In this document: positions 1-8,864 of the stretch, in pieces | How the letters are laid out: each line of letters starts with the position of its first letter | Position numbering within the stretch: position 1 is the stretch's first letter | Virus record (IMG/VR): IMGVR_UViG_3300025121_000011 | Span: 271,170-335,169 of that record | Strand: one strand, 5' to 3' | Length of the DNA stretch: 64,000 nucleotides | The notes under the pieces: model-generated | The model's database searches: none | Told to the model about the DNA's origin: nothing | What the model saw: the letters and a program-made list of their open reading frames with translations, nothing else | Program-made: the position numbers and the translations under genes

Positions 1-598
1 TGACGGTGTGCAGACAAAAGCATTTGAAAATCTGGTTTCGATCACCGGCAAATCTTCACATGATATCACCGCGGATGATCTCATTGCGCTGGCGGCTGCT
101 GGAACTAAGCTTCGCACGCTTACACAAGCCGATGAAAGGCTTAGTCTGCTTCTTGGCAACTGGGATACGGGCGGTCGTCCACCTCGAACGCATGGTGATG
201 ATATGACAGACGACCCCTCATGGGAAGGCGACCCTGAGACGTTCTCGTCGCAGCCAGTAGACTACGAAGGCGAGTGGAGGGCAGGAGTGTGGCGATGAAG
301 ACAAATCGAGACGACAGCCAGAGCGATTACAACTATGATAGCAGACATGATAGCCGACGCCGACGGACGACGGAGGCGACGACGGCAGCACGACGACAGC
401 GACAGGCCGAAAGAGAGGCGGACGATCGCCGGACGCTGGTCTTGATGATCGGACAGGAGAGATTTGACTCAGATATGGTCTCTACTGTAGAAAAGTAGTG
501 GGAGTGTGCGTGCTAATGAATGAGTACACAGTGTTTGTTCAGTTTGTAGATGGATAAATCCCGGCGCCCGAACCGTATGCCGGGCAGAAGGAGTAGAT

Positions 599-1090
599 AT
601 GATCATCGATTGGCCGTGGAATGGCGAAGAGTTGGCGTTTGCCCATCTTCCCAATGAGGTGGTCTACGCGTGTGAATGCGAAAACCGGACGGCGTACTTC
701 GATGTCGCCGGCATCTGTATTTTGGTTTCTGGCAAATGTGACGTGTATAGGCGTACACCATACCAACTGTTCGTCTGGCGCCCCAATGCCGAAGATGCTG
801 AATGGTGGCAAGATATATTTCGTCACGGAGTTGAAAACCGACTCCGGGGAGAATCTGATTTTGCCCAGCCCCGGTACATTGATCCCTCTAATCAAGTCGC
901 AGAATGGGAAAAGGTTGAATGGCCTATTCCGCGGGAGTGGGTGGCGCATCTACCGCCCCCACTGGTACCTCGCACTTCTGACCCTCAATTTTACGGCGTG
1001 TTCGTCCTTTGTGATGATGAGTGTCACCAGCGCAAACTGTTGGAACGTTTCGCCGGAAATAAGTTTAAATGCCGTGCGTGGAACTTGTAA
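599..1090 (+). CDS. hypothetical protein
   Basis: 163-aa ORF with AAGGAG RBS upstream. Confidence 0.6.
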   Translation: MIIDWPWNGEELAFAHLPNEVVYACECENRTAYFDVAGICILVSGKCDVYRRTPYQLFVWRPNAEDAEWWQDIFRHGVENRLRGESDFAQPRYIDPSNQVAEWEKVEWPIPREWVAHLPPPLVPRTSDPQFYGVFVLCDDECHQRKLLERFAGNKFKCRAWNL

Positions 1091-1153
1091 GGAGAAAACA
1101 TACAAGTGTTCACTCATCGACTCTGGCGGTAAAAACATTACATGTATATGCAT

Positions 1154-1170
1154 TGGCATAGTTTTTGCTT
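1154..1170 (+). promoter_or_regulatory. sigma54 (-24/-12)-like site
   Basis: TGGCATAGTTTTTGCTT fits the TGGCAC-N5-TTGCW consensus; similar sites at 3250, 5429, 8595 and 13700. Confidence 0.5.
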
Positions 1171-1209
1171 AATGCATGTATTGTGCCACCACGATTCCAA
1201 ACACCGCCT

Positions 1210-1263
1210 GGCGGCAAAAGATTTACTATAACTCTAAAAATATATTCTTTGCAGTAACTAAGG
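1210..1263 (+). promoter_or_regulatory. repeated phage promoter-like motif
   Basis: GGCGGCAAAA-N~14-CTCTAAAAATATATT-N-CAGTAA directly upstream of ORF 1285; about 10 copies in 1-12 kb. Confidence 0.7.
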
Positions 1264-1284
1264 ATTACATACAAACATCAAGAG

Positions 1285-2139
1285 ATGAAAAAAATGCCTA
1301 TTTCTCATATAACCTCAGAAGAGACCGCAGAAAATATACGAAGGATTTTCACGGATCGTGTTGGCAAGATTCGTGCATCTACTTCGGAACTCTGTGGGTT
1401 TGTCGACTCGCCCGCCAAAACAGCGAAGATGTTTGGATTCAATCTTGAAGATGATCGCATCTATAGCGATGACGAGTGGTATGACCTCTGTGATGTAATA
1501 TTTTACGTCCGAGATATGACAGAGCTATTCAGGCGTACCACGGGCCTTCTCTCTGGTTGTAACTCTGATGCTGCATTGATGCTCTCTTTCTATGAGATCA
1601 GACTCCTGGCCAATATGCTGCGGTCTCCGAAAGTTGCACTGATGGTGCTGGCTTACATTTACAATGGAGCAATCAATCACGAACTTATGGCGATGTCCTA
1701 TCTCACGGAGATTGGAAAGTGCGTAACCGGAACCGTGGATTGTAAGGCCAACGCTTTCGCAGATGCGGCGTACCTCCTTGGGAACCATGCGGCTAAGCTT
1801 CTCGGGAGGAAGATGCCTGATCCGCTGGAGGGGCAGAGCCAGCAGAGCCACAGGTGGGCGAGTGTGGAAGAGATTCGTCAGTATGAAGATCGGATGCATG
1901 AGAAGTTTCTAAACATCACGCATTCTGCTCTCGAAAACCTCGTTGGTGTTAGCGGCCTAAAGGAAGGAGGACGCGTGTTCATCTTCAAGAGTAATGACTT
2001 GCCAGAGTTTTTGTGGGGGAAGAATGGTACAATCCTTGGTAAAGATGGAGATGACAGTTATTGGATTACACTGGCTCATCCTGGTCCCCAGGGTGAGACT
2101 GAATGGCTGATAGATTATCATTACTTTAGAACGCTGTGA
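1285..2139 (+). CDS. hypothetical protein
   Basis: 284-aa ORF behind promoter motif; C-terminal segment resembles part of ORF 16140. Confidence 0.75.
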   Translation: MKKMPISHITSEETAENIRRIFTDRVGKIRASTSELCGFVDSPAKTAKMFGFNLEDDRIYSDDEWYDLCDVIFYVRDMTELFRRTTGLLSGCNSDAALMLSFYEIRLLANMLRSPKVALMVLAYIYNGAINHELMAMSYLTEIGKCVTGTVDCKANAFADAAYLLGNHAAKLLGRKMPDPLEGQSQQSHRWASVEEIRQYEDRMHEKFLNITHSALENLVGVSGLKEGGRVFIFKSNDLPEFLWGKNGTILGKDGDDSYWITLAHPGPQGETEWLIDYHYFRTL

Positions 2140-2187
2140 GAACGCTTCCATAGACATTCAAATGTATCTGGGCTCATATGAGCCCAA

Positions 2188-2243
2188 GGCGGTAAAAGAT
2201 TTACAGCATCTCTAAAAATATATTCCTCATAGTAAGTAATAGG
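2188..2243 (+). promoter_or_regulatory. repeated phage promoter-like motif
   Basis: GGCGGTAAAA...CTCTAAAAATATATT...TAGTAA. Confidence 0.65.
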
Positions 2244-2296
2244 CAAATGTTTATAAATCCGCCTCATTAAAGTGAAGCATACATAGGGAGATTATC

Positions 2297-2614
2297 ATGT
2301 TTGATATTTGTCCAGGTTGTGGTTCTAATCAGAAAGGTGAACCGATTCCCGAGAAACTCAAACATACCGAGGCGTGTGGTGAAGGTCCATACTTCGGAAA
2401 AGAAGGCACCTGTGTAGATCCGGATCATCATTGTTATGGAAAAGAACAGGAGTATTTCTATCGTAGCGTTGGATATTATGCTTGTGATGTTACGTTGTTT
2501 TCCTTCTGTCCGGATTGTAAGATTGCATGGCATCGTTTTCTAAAGGGCGATTACTATTGGTATCTGGCTGCCAGGTACATGCAAGACGAGGGATATAAAG
2601 TCCATGACGAGTAA
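2297..2614 (+). CDS. Cys-rich hypothetical protein (possible Zn-binding)
   Basis: CPGC and CPDC motifs; GGGAG RBS. Confidence 0.65.
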   Translation: MFDICPGCGSNQKGEPIPEKLKHTEACGEGPYFGKEGTCVDPDHHCYGKEQEYFYRSVGYYACDVTLFSFCPDCKIAWHRFLKGDYYWYLAARYMQDEGYKVHDE

Positions 2615-2676
2615 AATACTGGTCGGATTTGTTCTGGTTGCAGTTGTTTCTGGTCTTATAATGGAGGGAGTGTGTC

Positions 2677-2892
2677 ATGCCTTCTCAAGAAGAACTCCTC
2701 GTGACTAACGGAACAGTCCAAGTTCAAGCTCGAATATGCGGACATCGCTACATGGTAATGAGCACGCCAGTCCAGTGGTCAACATACATCTGTCGGATTT
2801 GCGGCCTGATGACAGACCTGATGGTTGTGCCTATGGAAATGCGTATTCAACAGGCAAGACTTGAGAAAAGAAACGCGCACAAAGCTCAGTAA
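2677..2892 (+). CDS. small Zn-ribbon-like hypothetical protein
   Basis: GGAGG RBS; CGH...CRIC. Confidence 0.55.
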   Translation: MPSQEELLVTNGTVQVQARICGHRYMVMSTPVQWSTYICRICGLMTDLMVVPMEMRIQQARLEKRNAHKAQ

Positions 2893-2973
2893 TCTCAAAA
2901 GCATCTTCTGTGTATTGTGCGTTTAGGATTTTCTGGTAGAAATAACTCGTGCGAAAGCATATGGAGACAACTC

Positions 2974-3138
2974 ATGAACTATGGAAGTAAAGCGAACAAA
3001 GAAAGCATCAAAGCTATTGCTGTTGTTTTGGTAATGTTTTTTGGTGTTGCGGGCATCTTGTATGCCAGTTGGACTTGGGCAGAGTTTACATACGGAGATG
3101 GCACTTGTGCCTTTTCTGATTGTGTAAAACTCAAGTAA
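2974..3138 (+). CDS. small membrane protein
   Basis: GGAG RBS; one hydrophobic helix. Confidence 0.5.
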   Translation: MNYGSKANKESIKAIAVVLVMFFGVAGILYASWTWAEFTYGDGTCAFSDCVKLK

Positions 3139-3294
3139 TCAGTCTTTACTAAGAAAAGGTAGGTACATAATCCTGTGGCTCGAACAGCGCTCCGCCGGAT
3201 TTATGCATGCCCGCTATCTTAGTATTTAAAGATTTTTGGTATAATATCTTGGCATAATTTTTGCTTAATGCAATATGTATGCCACCCTTTTCAA

Positions 3295-3345
3295 GGCGGC
3301 AAAAACTTAACTATAACTCTAAAAATATATCTGTTAGAGTAAGTA
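3295..3345 (+). promoter_or_regulatory. repeated phage promoter-like motif
   Basis: GGCGGCAAAA...CTCTAAAAATATAT...GAGTAA; sigma54-like site at 3250-3266. Confidence 0.65.
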
Positions 3346-3365
3346 TTATACAAAGGAGAGATTCA

Positions 3366-3647
3366 ATGATTACTGCATATTTTATTTATTGTTCTACTGG
3401 TTGCTCATGCTGTTCGTATGACAACCATTTCAGCGGGCCTTTTTCTACGCGAGAGATTGCAGAGAAGATGAGGCAGGAGTTTATTGATGGTAGGAAGTTG
3501 TCCAGCCAGTTTTCTGTAGCTGGCAGATACTTAATCGAGGAAGAAGAAGCTGAACAGCTTTTAGATGGAAGGCTGATTATCAATGATCGAGTTTTTCCTG
3601 GATGGGCTGATGACGATGGGTGGAAAGAGGCATTCAAAGAGTGGTAA
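3366..3647 (+). CDS. hypothetical protein
   Basis: AAAGGAG RBS before ATG 3366. Confidence 0.65.
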   Translation: MITAYFIYCSTGCSCCSYDNHFSGPFSTREIAEKMRQEFIDGRKLSSQFSVAGRYLIEEEEAEQLLDGRLIINDRVFPGWADDDGWKEAFKEW

Positions 3648-3662
3648 TCGGAGGATTGTTCG

Positions 3663-3875
3663 ATGGGTAAGAAGATTAAGCATAGTGGTCAAAACACTGA
3701 AGAAGTAGATCGAGCTACTGCTCAGCGAGGCCAAGATCGCAAAACTCATTTTAAGGAAGGCGGATCAACTGAGGAGTGGACCGGAACCCATCGGGTTCAT
3801 GATTCCCGTCCTCGTGGTTCGCGAAACCGAAGAGATTTGAGAGAACAAGCCATTCGTGAGAGCGCAGAGGAGTAG
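3663..3875 (+). CDS. hypothetical protein
   Basis: GGAGG RBS; tightly packed with neighbours. Confidence 0.6.
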   Translation: MGKKIKHSGQNTEEVDRATAQRGQDRKTHFKEGGSTEEWTGTHRVHDSRPRGSRNRRDLREQAIRESAEE

Positions 3876-3877
3876 TC

Positions 3878-4147
3878 ATGAAAGACGCGAGCATTATCAG
3901 GCTGAAGAAAGAACTTGAAATGCTTGCGCGCAGGCGGCATGCATTGGAAGGGCATCGACTTCTTGCAAATGTTTTAGAAAGCATTAGACGATATGAAGAT
4001 GAAACAGGAGATGTAGTGAGATGTTCCCTTGAATTTGTCGCTGAGCAAGATCAAGATTCTGTACGGCATGAATGGATTGGTGGCGGATTTAAGGCTGAGC
4101 CCCAATGGTATCTGCAAAAGAATCATGTTGTTTTAGAAGAGATATGA
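3878..4147 (+). CDS. hypothetical protein
   Basis: GAGGAG RBS. Confidence 0.6.
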   Translation: MKDASIIRLKKELEMLARRRHALEGHRLLANVLESIRRYEDETGDVVRCSLEFVAEQDQDSVRHEWIGGGFKAEPQWYLQKNHVVLEEI

Positions 4148-4386
4148 GCATGCAAGTACAAGTAGCTCTACCCAAAACAGAGGAAGAGATTCTCGCCTAT
4201 CTTCAGGGATTGCAACCTGGAGAGAGAGTGAGAGAAACTGGTAATTCTATGACAAATCAAGAAGGCGATGTCTCCATCAATGGACGTGGAAGCGTCTGTG
4301 TACTTTGGGATCCATTTGAAGATGGGAACCGGATGGGGACATCTATAACTTATGGCACACGAAGAGTGTCTGATCTAGAGGAATAG
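4144..4386 (+). CDS. hypothetical protein
   Basis: ATGA overlap with the upstream ORF. Confidence 0.55.
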   Translation: MSMQVQVALPKTEEEILAYLQGLQPGERVRETGNSMTNQEGDVSINGRGSVCVLWDPFEDGNRMGTSITYGTRRVSDLEE

Positions 4387-4423
4387 TATGTGATCGCAAT
4401 AAATTAGAGTTAAAATGTTCGCA

Positions 4424-4482
4424 GGCGGCAAAAACTTAACTGCATCTCTAAAAAAATATTCTACATAGTAATATAGGGCTGT
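4424..4482 (+). promoter_or_regulatory. repeated phage promoter-like motif upstream of a ~900-nt non-coding region
   Basis: GGCGGCAAAA...CTCTAAAAAAATATT...TAGTAATATAGGG with no ORF following. Confidence 0.65.
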
Positions 4483-4547
4483 GAGAGGAGCTAACTTGAA
4501 GGGCTAAAGAGTTTGTGGTGATGATAGTGTTAGTTGAGTTAACTTCT

Positions 4548-4622
4548 TTCACAGGACCTGGAGACTTCTCGGAAATATTTAAGATGGTATCATAACCGAC
4601 TGGCAGGGAGCCGCACGGCAAC
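4548..4622 (-). CRISPR. solitary spacer-like segment plus 36-nt repeat-like element
   Basis: 4548-4586 matches each of the three tandem Imm5-like genes at 34/39 (e.g. 24834-24872); 4587-4622 reads GTTGCCGTGCGGCTCCCTGCCAGTCGGTTATGATAC on the minus strand, present once only. Confidence 0.4.
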
Positions 4623-4952
4623 AAAGGGCGTTCACCTTAGGGTGGGGGTCTGCCAAAATGATCAAGCCAAGCCTTGCAGGTAGGAGTGACCGGCGAAACT
4701 CCCGTAACCTGAGTAGGAGAATGGCAAGACGTGAGGGACATGCAGTCGACCCTTAGGGATACGATAATCCCCATTTTTTAACATCGTTACAAATAAGTGT
4801 TTATTGAGTTTCACCAGTATCTCGGATAAAGGCGATGTTAAAGTTAAAACTGGTACTTGTTCTTAGCGGATCCCCGGCTCCGCGTTTGCCCAGAGGAAAG
4901 CCGAGAGACGTATAGTTTCTAACGGGTAGGCAGCATCGCAAGAGTGCCTGAT

Positions 4953-5152
4953 AAAAAGAGGTTATCGGTGGTTGGCTTAGAGGCAGCCATCCTTAATGAG
5001 TGAGACGATTGCCCCAAGGCGCAAAATGTCGGTAAGTGGTAACAGCTATGCCGATGATGTACCGGGGATAAACAGGGAAAGTGAAAGGCACCCCGTAACT
5101 GGTAAGGCCAATCTTCTCTTCAGCGTAATAGCACGCCGATATAATCTCTTTT
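4953..5152 (+). ncRNA. structured RNA resembling 23S rRNA helices 43/44 (L11-binding GTPase-associated centre), with an insertion
   Basis: GGTTGGCTTAGAGGCAGCCATCCTTAATGAGT...GCGTAATAGC, closed by the AAAAGAGGTTATCGGTG / CGCCGATATAATCTCTTTT stem. Confidence 0.65.
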
Positions 5153-5493
5153 AGGTAGGTCCACATGGAATAGCCAAGCGCTATGGGATCGAATATTATC
5201 GCATTTGGGAATGGTACTCTCCCGCTGGTTGTACCACCTTCTTAAGCGTCAGACATTTACAATGCATAATGCCGGTTAATTTTGCCGGTTAAAGTTGTGA
5301 ATGTAGAAAACACTTGTATATATAAGAACACAAGCAGTGACGTAAGTCTGTGATGATTCTATGCAGACACTCTATCATAAATTATAAAAGATGCGCAGCT
5401 TTAAAGCTGCGCATCTTCATTTATGTGTTGGCACAGGAAATGCATTATGCAAAAATCATGCCAGTTAATTATTGTGCAAAAATCAACGTCTCC

Positions 5494-5550
5494 GGCGGCA
5501 AAAACTTAACTTCTCTTCTAAAAAAATATTCTATAGAGTAACATAGGGCT
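5494..5550 (+). promoter_or_regulatory. repeated phage promoter-like motif
   Basis: GGCGGCAAAA...CTAAAAAAATATT...GAGTAACATAGGG; opposed sigma54-like pair at 5429-5463. Confidence 0.65.
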
Positions 5551-5564
5551 GTAGGAGAAACCAA

Positions 5565-5810
5565 ATGCCTTCCATCGATTATTCGGTATATATGAGGACC
5601 AGGTTACTGGACAAGGTAACCATGGCACAGCTGATAAAGGTTTGTAAAGATCGACAAGATCTGACCGTTACTCAGGAAGGTGACGATATCTTTCGTGTCT
5701 ATCTTGATGTTCCAGGAAATCTGAACGCTGTTAGGATTTTGGAAGCGATTCATCGCGCAGATCGTTGGTGGGATGTAGCTTATGATCTTCGTTTCATGAA
5801 AAGCCTATAA
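5565..5810 (+). CDS. hypothetical protein
   Basis: AGGAG RBS after the promoter motif. Confidence 0.65.
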   Translation: MPSIDYSVYMRTRLLDKVTMAQLIKVCKDRQDLTVTQEGDDIFRVYLDVPGNLNAVRILEAIHRADRWWDVAYDLRFMKSL

Positions 5811-5834
5811 TACAATCTTGTATCAGGAGGAAAG

Positions 5835-6095
5835 ATGAAATTTCTTTCAAGTCTTTTCAACAAGCTTTTTGGTCGTCCTGCCGCTGAAATGTATCTTCAT
5901 CGAATGACGACGGCTATCTTGGATGAAGAGTTACAAGCGATGAATTATCGGGCTTGTCTTGAACATTCCGGTATGGATATTGATACATTCTGTGAGAAAA
6001 ACAAGTGTAGTCGTCAATCAATCATCAACGGATGGACGAGAGTATACGGTTCTCCTCCTTCATGGATGAATAAATCTGATTTCATTGGAGAATAA
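5835..6095 (+). CDS. hypothetical protein
   Basis: AGGAGG RBS. Confidence 0.65.
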   Translation: MKFLSSLFNKLFGRPAAEMYLHRMTTAILDEELQAMNYRACLEHSGMDIDTFCEKNKCSRQSIINGWTRVYGSPPSWMNKSDFIGE

Positions 6096-6099
6096 TCAC

Positions 6100-6468
6100 A
6101 TGACAATTCCAAAGCCGAATTATACCGACATTAGGCGTCAAAGGGAAGCGTTGGAGCTTGCTGTTAAACTCCGAAGGCAAAGAGAGGCGGACGAGCTTAA
6201 AGCCGGTCTTGAAAGACAGGAAGCGGAAAGAAACAATGAGTGCTTTGAAGAGCGTGTGCGTTGCGCCATTCAGGAGGGTATTGGAGACGCAATCACAAGA
6301 GGGGTTCCGACCTTCCATGTTCGAGTTGGAAATGTTGATCCCCTTAGTCTTATAGATCTGGCAAACTGGGGACATCAGATTACCTGCTATGGATTTAGGG
6401 TGTGCTTTTCGGCTCTCGATAAATGTAACCCTCCAAATGGAGTTGTGTTTACAGTTTCTGTTGAATAA
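6100..6468 (+). CDS. hypothetical protein (N-terminal coiled coil)
   Basis: GGAG RBS before ATG 6100. Confidence 0.6.
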   Translation: MTIPKPNYTDIRRQREALELAVKLRRQREADELKAGLERQEAERNNECFEERVRCAIQEGIGDAITRGVPTFHVRVGNVDPLSLIDLANWGHQITCYGFRVCFSALDKCNPPNGVVFTVSVE

Positions 6469-6491
6469 ATATAAATGGAGATAGACAAATC

Positions 6492-6869
6492 ATGCCTGAT
6501 TCTTTGGATCTTGCCCTACAACAGATTCGCGACACTTTATGTGTAAGCGGGGATACACATCCCCTTTCACTGGATATCACATTTCAACTTGAAGTAGAGC
6601 GCGGAAATAAAGTTGAGGATAATGATTGGACTATTACATCTCTGGGTGTAGTTGAGGTTTCTTTGCCGCTTAACCGCTTTCTTTGCGGCAAGATGAGTCG
6701 TCCAGACTGGATGACAGAAAGCCAATGGCAAGCATTTGCCATAGTTCAATACGAAACAACCGAAGATCCAGAGTTCAGAGAAAGTTTAGATCATGCTCTG
6801 AATTCTCTTCTCTCAGAACCACACACAGAAGAAGAAGTTTCAAAGTTTCTTGCAACATTTAACCAATAG
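6492..6869 (+). CDS. hypothetical protein
   Basis: GGAG RBS; 125 aa. Confidence 0.65.
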   Translation: MPDSLDLALQQIRDTLCVSGDTHPLSLDITFQLEVERGNKVEDNDWTITSLGVVEVSLPLNRFLCGKMSRPDWMTESQWQAFAIVQYETTEDPEFRESLDHALNSLLSEPHTEEEVSKFLATFNQ

Positions 6870-7054
6870 GGGTTTTATCATGGTCAAGGTTCTTGTATCA
6901 ATCTGTTTCGGGTTTTGTCTTGGTGTGGCTACTTGTGTCTTTGCAAGTGAGGTGGTTTCTTCACAAGTTCACAAGGTGGATGCGGCTGTGACCGCATATC
7001 AGAAGTAAGGAGTCCGAAGAGTAACAGCAGTCGTCTATACATGTATGTAAGTAT

Positions 7055-7139
7055 GGGGGCGTGGCGGAAAGGCAGACGCGTCAGACTTAAAATCTGGTGA
7101 GCTTAGCTCGTGTGGGTTCAAGTCCCACCGCCCCTACCA
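7055..7139 (+). tRNA. tRNA-Leu(TAA)
   Basis: cloverleaf; anticodon arm TCAGA-ctTAAaa-TCTGG; long variable arm; encoded CCA. Confidence 0.93.
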
Positions 7140-7168
7140 TTTTAACTTTAACTTTATCTGAGGTGTTC

Positions 7169-7408
7169 ATGAATCCTTATATCCTTTGTCCTGAATTGAA
7201 CAAGTTGAACAACTATTACAAGAATGATTTCTATAAGAATGATCTCTCTTCTATTGTTATTGTTGGTTCCGTAGTCACACTGAATAGTGGTGGGCCGAAA
7301 ATGACGGTCGCCTCTATCTATAGAGGTAAAAATGTTGTTTGCACTTGGTTTGATGGTGAATATAAGACGTGGTACGGAGTTGTATCGATGCTTACTGTGG
7401 TAAAGTAG
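7169..7408 (+). CDS. DUF2158/YodC-like protein
   Basis: GSVVTLNSGGPKMTV...VVCTWFDG signature; GAGG RBS. Confidence 0.7.
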   Translation: MNPYILCPELNKLNNYYKNDFYKNDLSSIVIVGSVVTLNSGGPKMTVASIYRGKNVVCTWFDGEYKTWYGVVSMLTVVK

Positions 7409-7503
7409 ATTTACTTCAAAGCCTTCTTTATAAAGTCTTCTTTATATAGATAACCGCTTAAGCGGTTATCTATATTTGCGTTTACATACTAATCGCAAAG
7501 CCC

Positions 7504-7562
7504 GGCGGCAAAAGATTTGCAGCATCTCTAAAAAAATATCTTCTATAGTAATACAGAGGTGT
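7504..7562 (+). promoter_or_regulatory. repeated phage promoter-like motif
   Basis: GGCGGCAAAA...CTCTAAAAAAATAT...TAGTAA. Confidence 0.65.
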
Positions 7563-7667
7563 AACCAAGTCGGAGAAGTCCTCCCAATTACATTAATATT
7601 ACGGTTACGGGGTTTGGAGTTTTTCACCTCACGAAAGACCAACATTTTTCAAAGGAGGAATCAAATC

Positions 7668-8015
7668 ATGGATTCGGAACAGTTTGTCAAGGCAGGTGGT
7701 CGTTTTCTTCATTACCGAAGTTCTGCTCAACGTAGAATTACGGTGGCATATCGAGTGGAAAATGGGAATATTCTCTATGGGGCGGAGATTCATCAACCAG
7801 ATGGTCCGGATGATTGCTGGATAAGGAAACAGGCAAATTATCGAGCTTTGTATCGGCTGATTAGCCAGCCGGTGACTATTCCTGATGGGAATATGACAAA
7901 TACCGAGAGGCATAGTTATATCCGAAGTGCTCTTATCAAGTTTGGGTGTTGCCAAAGAGAAGTTCTTTCTGTCAATAAAAATATCGCCGGGAAGGACTTG
8001 AAGAGAAGGGTTTGA
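7668..8015 (+). CDS. hypothetical protein; 3' end runs into the CRISPR-derived locus
   Basis: AAAGGAGG RBS before ATG 7668. Confidence 0.65.
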   Translation: MDSEQFVKAGGRFLHYRSSAQRRITVAYRVENGNILYGAEIHQPDGPDDCWIRKQANYRALYRLISQPVTIPDGNMTNTERHSYIRSALIKFGCCQREVLSVNKNIAGKDLKRRV

Positions 8016-8172
8016 GGGATTTGAGATCAAGAGCTTCAATGGAGGGCCAAGTCTGCGGGGCTGTTTATGCTGCTTATGATAATGCTGCTGTTTATGGTAG
8101 CAAGCCCCTCTCGAACGGGGCCAAGTCTGCTGGTTCCTCAGATGATCTGATTATGCTGTTGAAAAGTAGCAA
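7984..8172 (-). CRISPR. degenerate chimeric CRISPR mini-array (two repeat families, three spacers)
   Basis: partial family-1 repeat 7984-7997, spacer 7998-8032, chimeric repeat 8033-8059, spacer 8060-8096, 37-nt family-2 repeat 8097-8133 (GCCCC/GGGGC hairpin), spacer 8134-8165, partial repeat GTAGCAA 8166-8172. Confidence 0.7.
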
Positions 8173-8662
8173 AAAGCCATCGGTAGCCATGGAGGAGTTT
8201 GTTGGGTCAACCAATAGATGTCGATTCCGAATCTGATGCAAGGCTCGTGTCCCGGATTTGCTTGCGGGAAAAGAGGTGGTGAATTGACCGTCTATGCGTT
8301 ATTACGTGTGGCCCGTCAAACATTGGACCTCATAGTTTGAGTGACGAACCTATTCTCAAACACACTTTACACCAGAAGAGAGTCATGCCTGGACGCAGGA
8401 AGATATACAGAACATAAAAGAATGGGCGCAATTCTCATCCTTCTGGTGTCTTTTATTTTATAATTTAGTCTTCACTTAAGAGTATCATGCTTTTGTCCTT
8501 CTTGTTGATGCGCTGATGCCTGTATTAACTCTGATACTAGACTAATCTGTAGTTACTTATATCAATGTTAAGGCGGCAAAACTTTTGCACATGCAGGCAC
8601 GAAAGCTGCTATATGCAAGAATCATGCCAAGGGTTGAGAGTATTGACGCGACAAGAATTCCT

Positions 8663-8822
8663 GGCGGCAAAAGCTTTACAGCAACTTTAAAAAAATATCC
8701 CCCGTAGTAACTAAGAGGTGCAGGGGCAAGGTTCCAGACTCCAGCCCGGTAGCCCCTGCCGACCGGGCGGCCAAAACGGCCTTCTAACTCTAAAAAAATA
8801 TTCTATAGAGTAATATAAGGCC
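8663..8822 (+). promoter_or_regulatory. two tandem copies of the phage promoter-like motif
   Basis: copies at 8663-8720 and 8766-8822 upstream of ORF 8865. Confidence 0.65.
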
Positions 8823-8864
8823 AGCCGCCTGAGCGGCAAATAACAACAAACAGAGAGGTGTGAG

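Noticed and set aside
4953-5152. True 23S rRNA gene or contaminating rRNA fragment
   Set aside because: Similarity is limited to H43/H44, interrupted by an insert and enclosed by a phage-specific stem.
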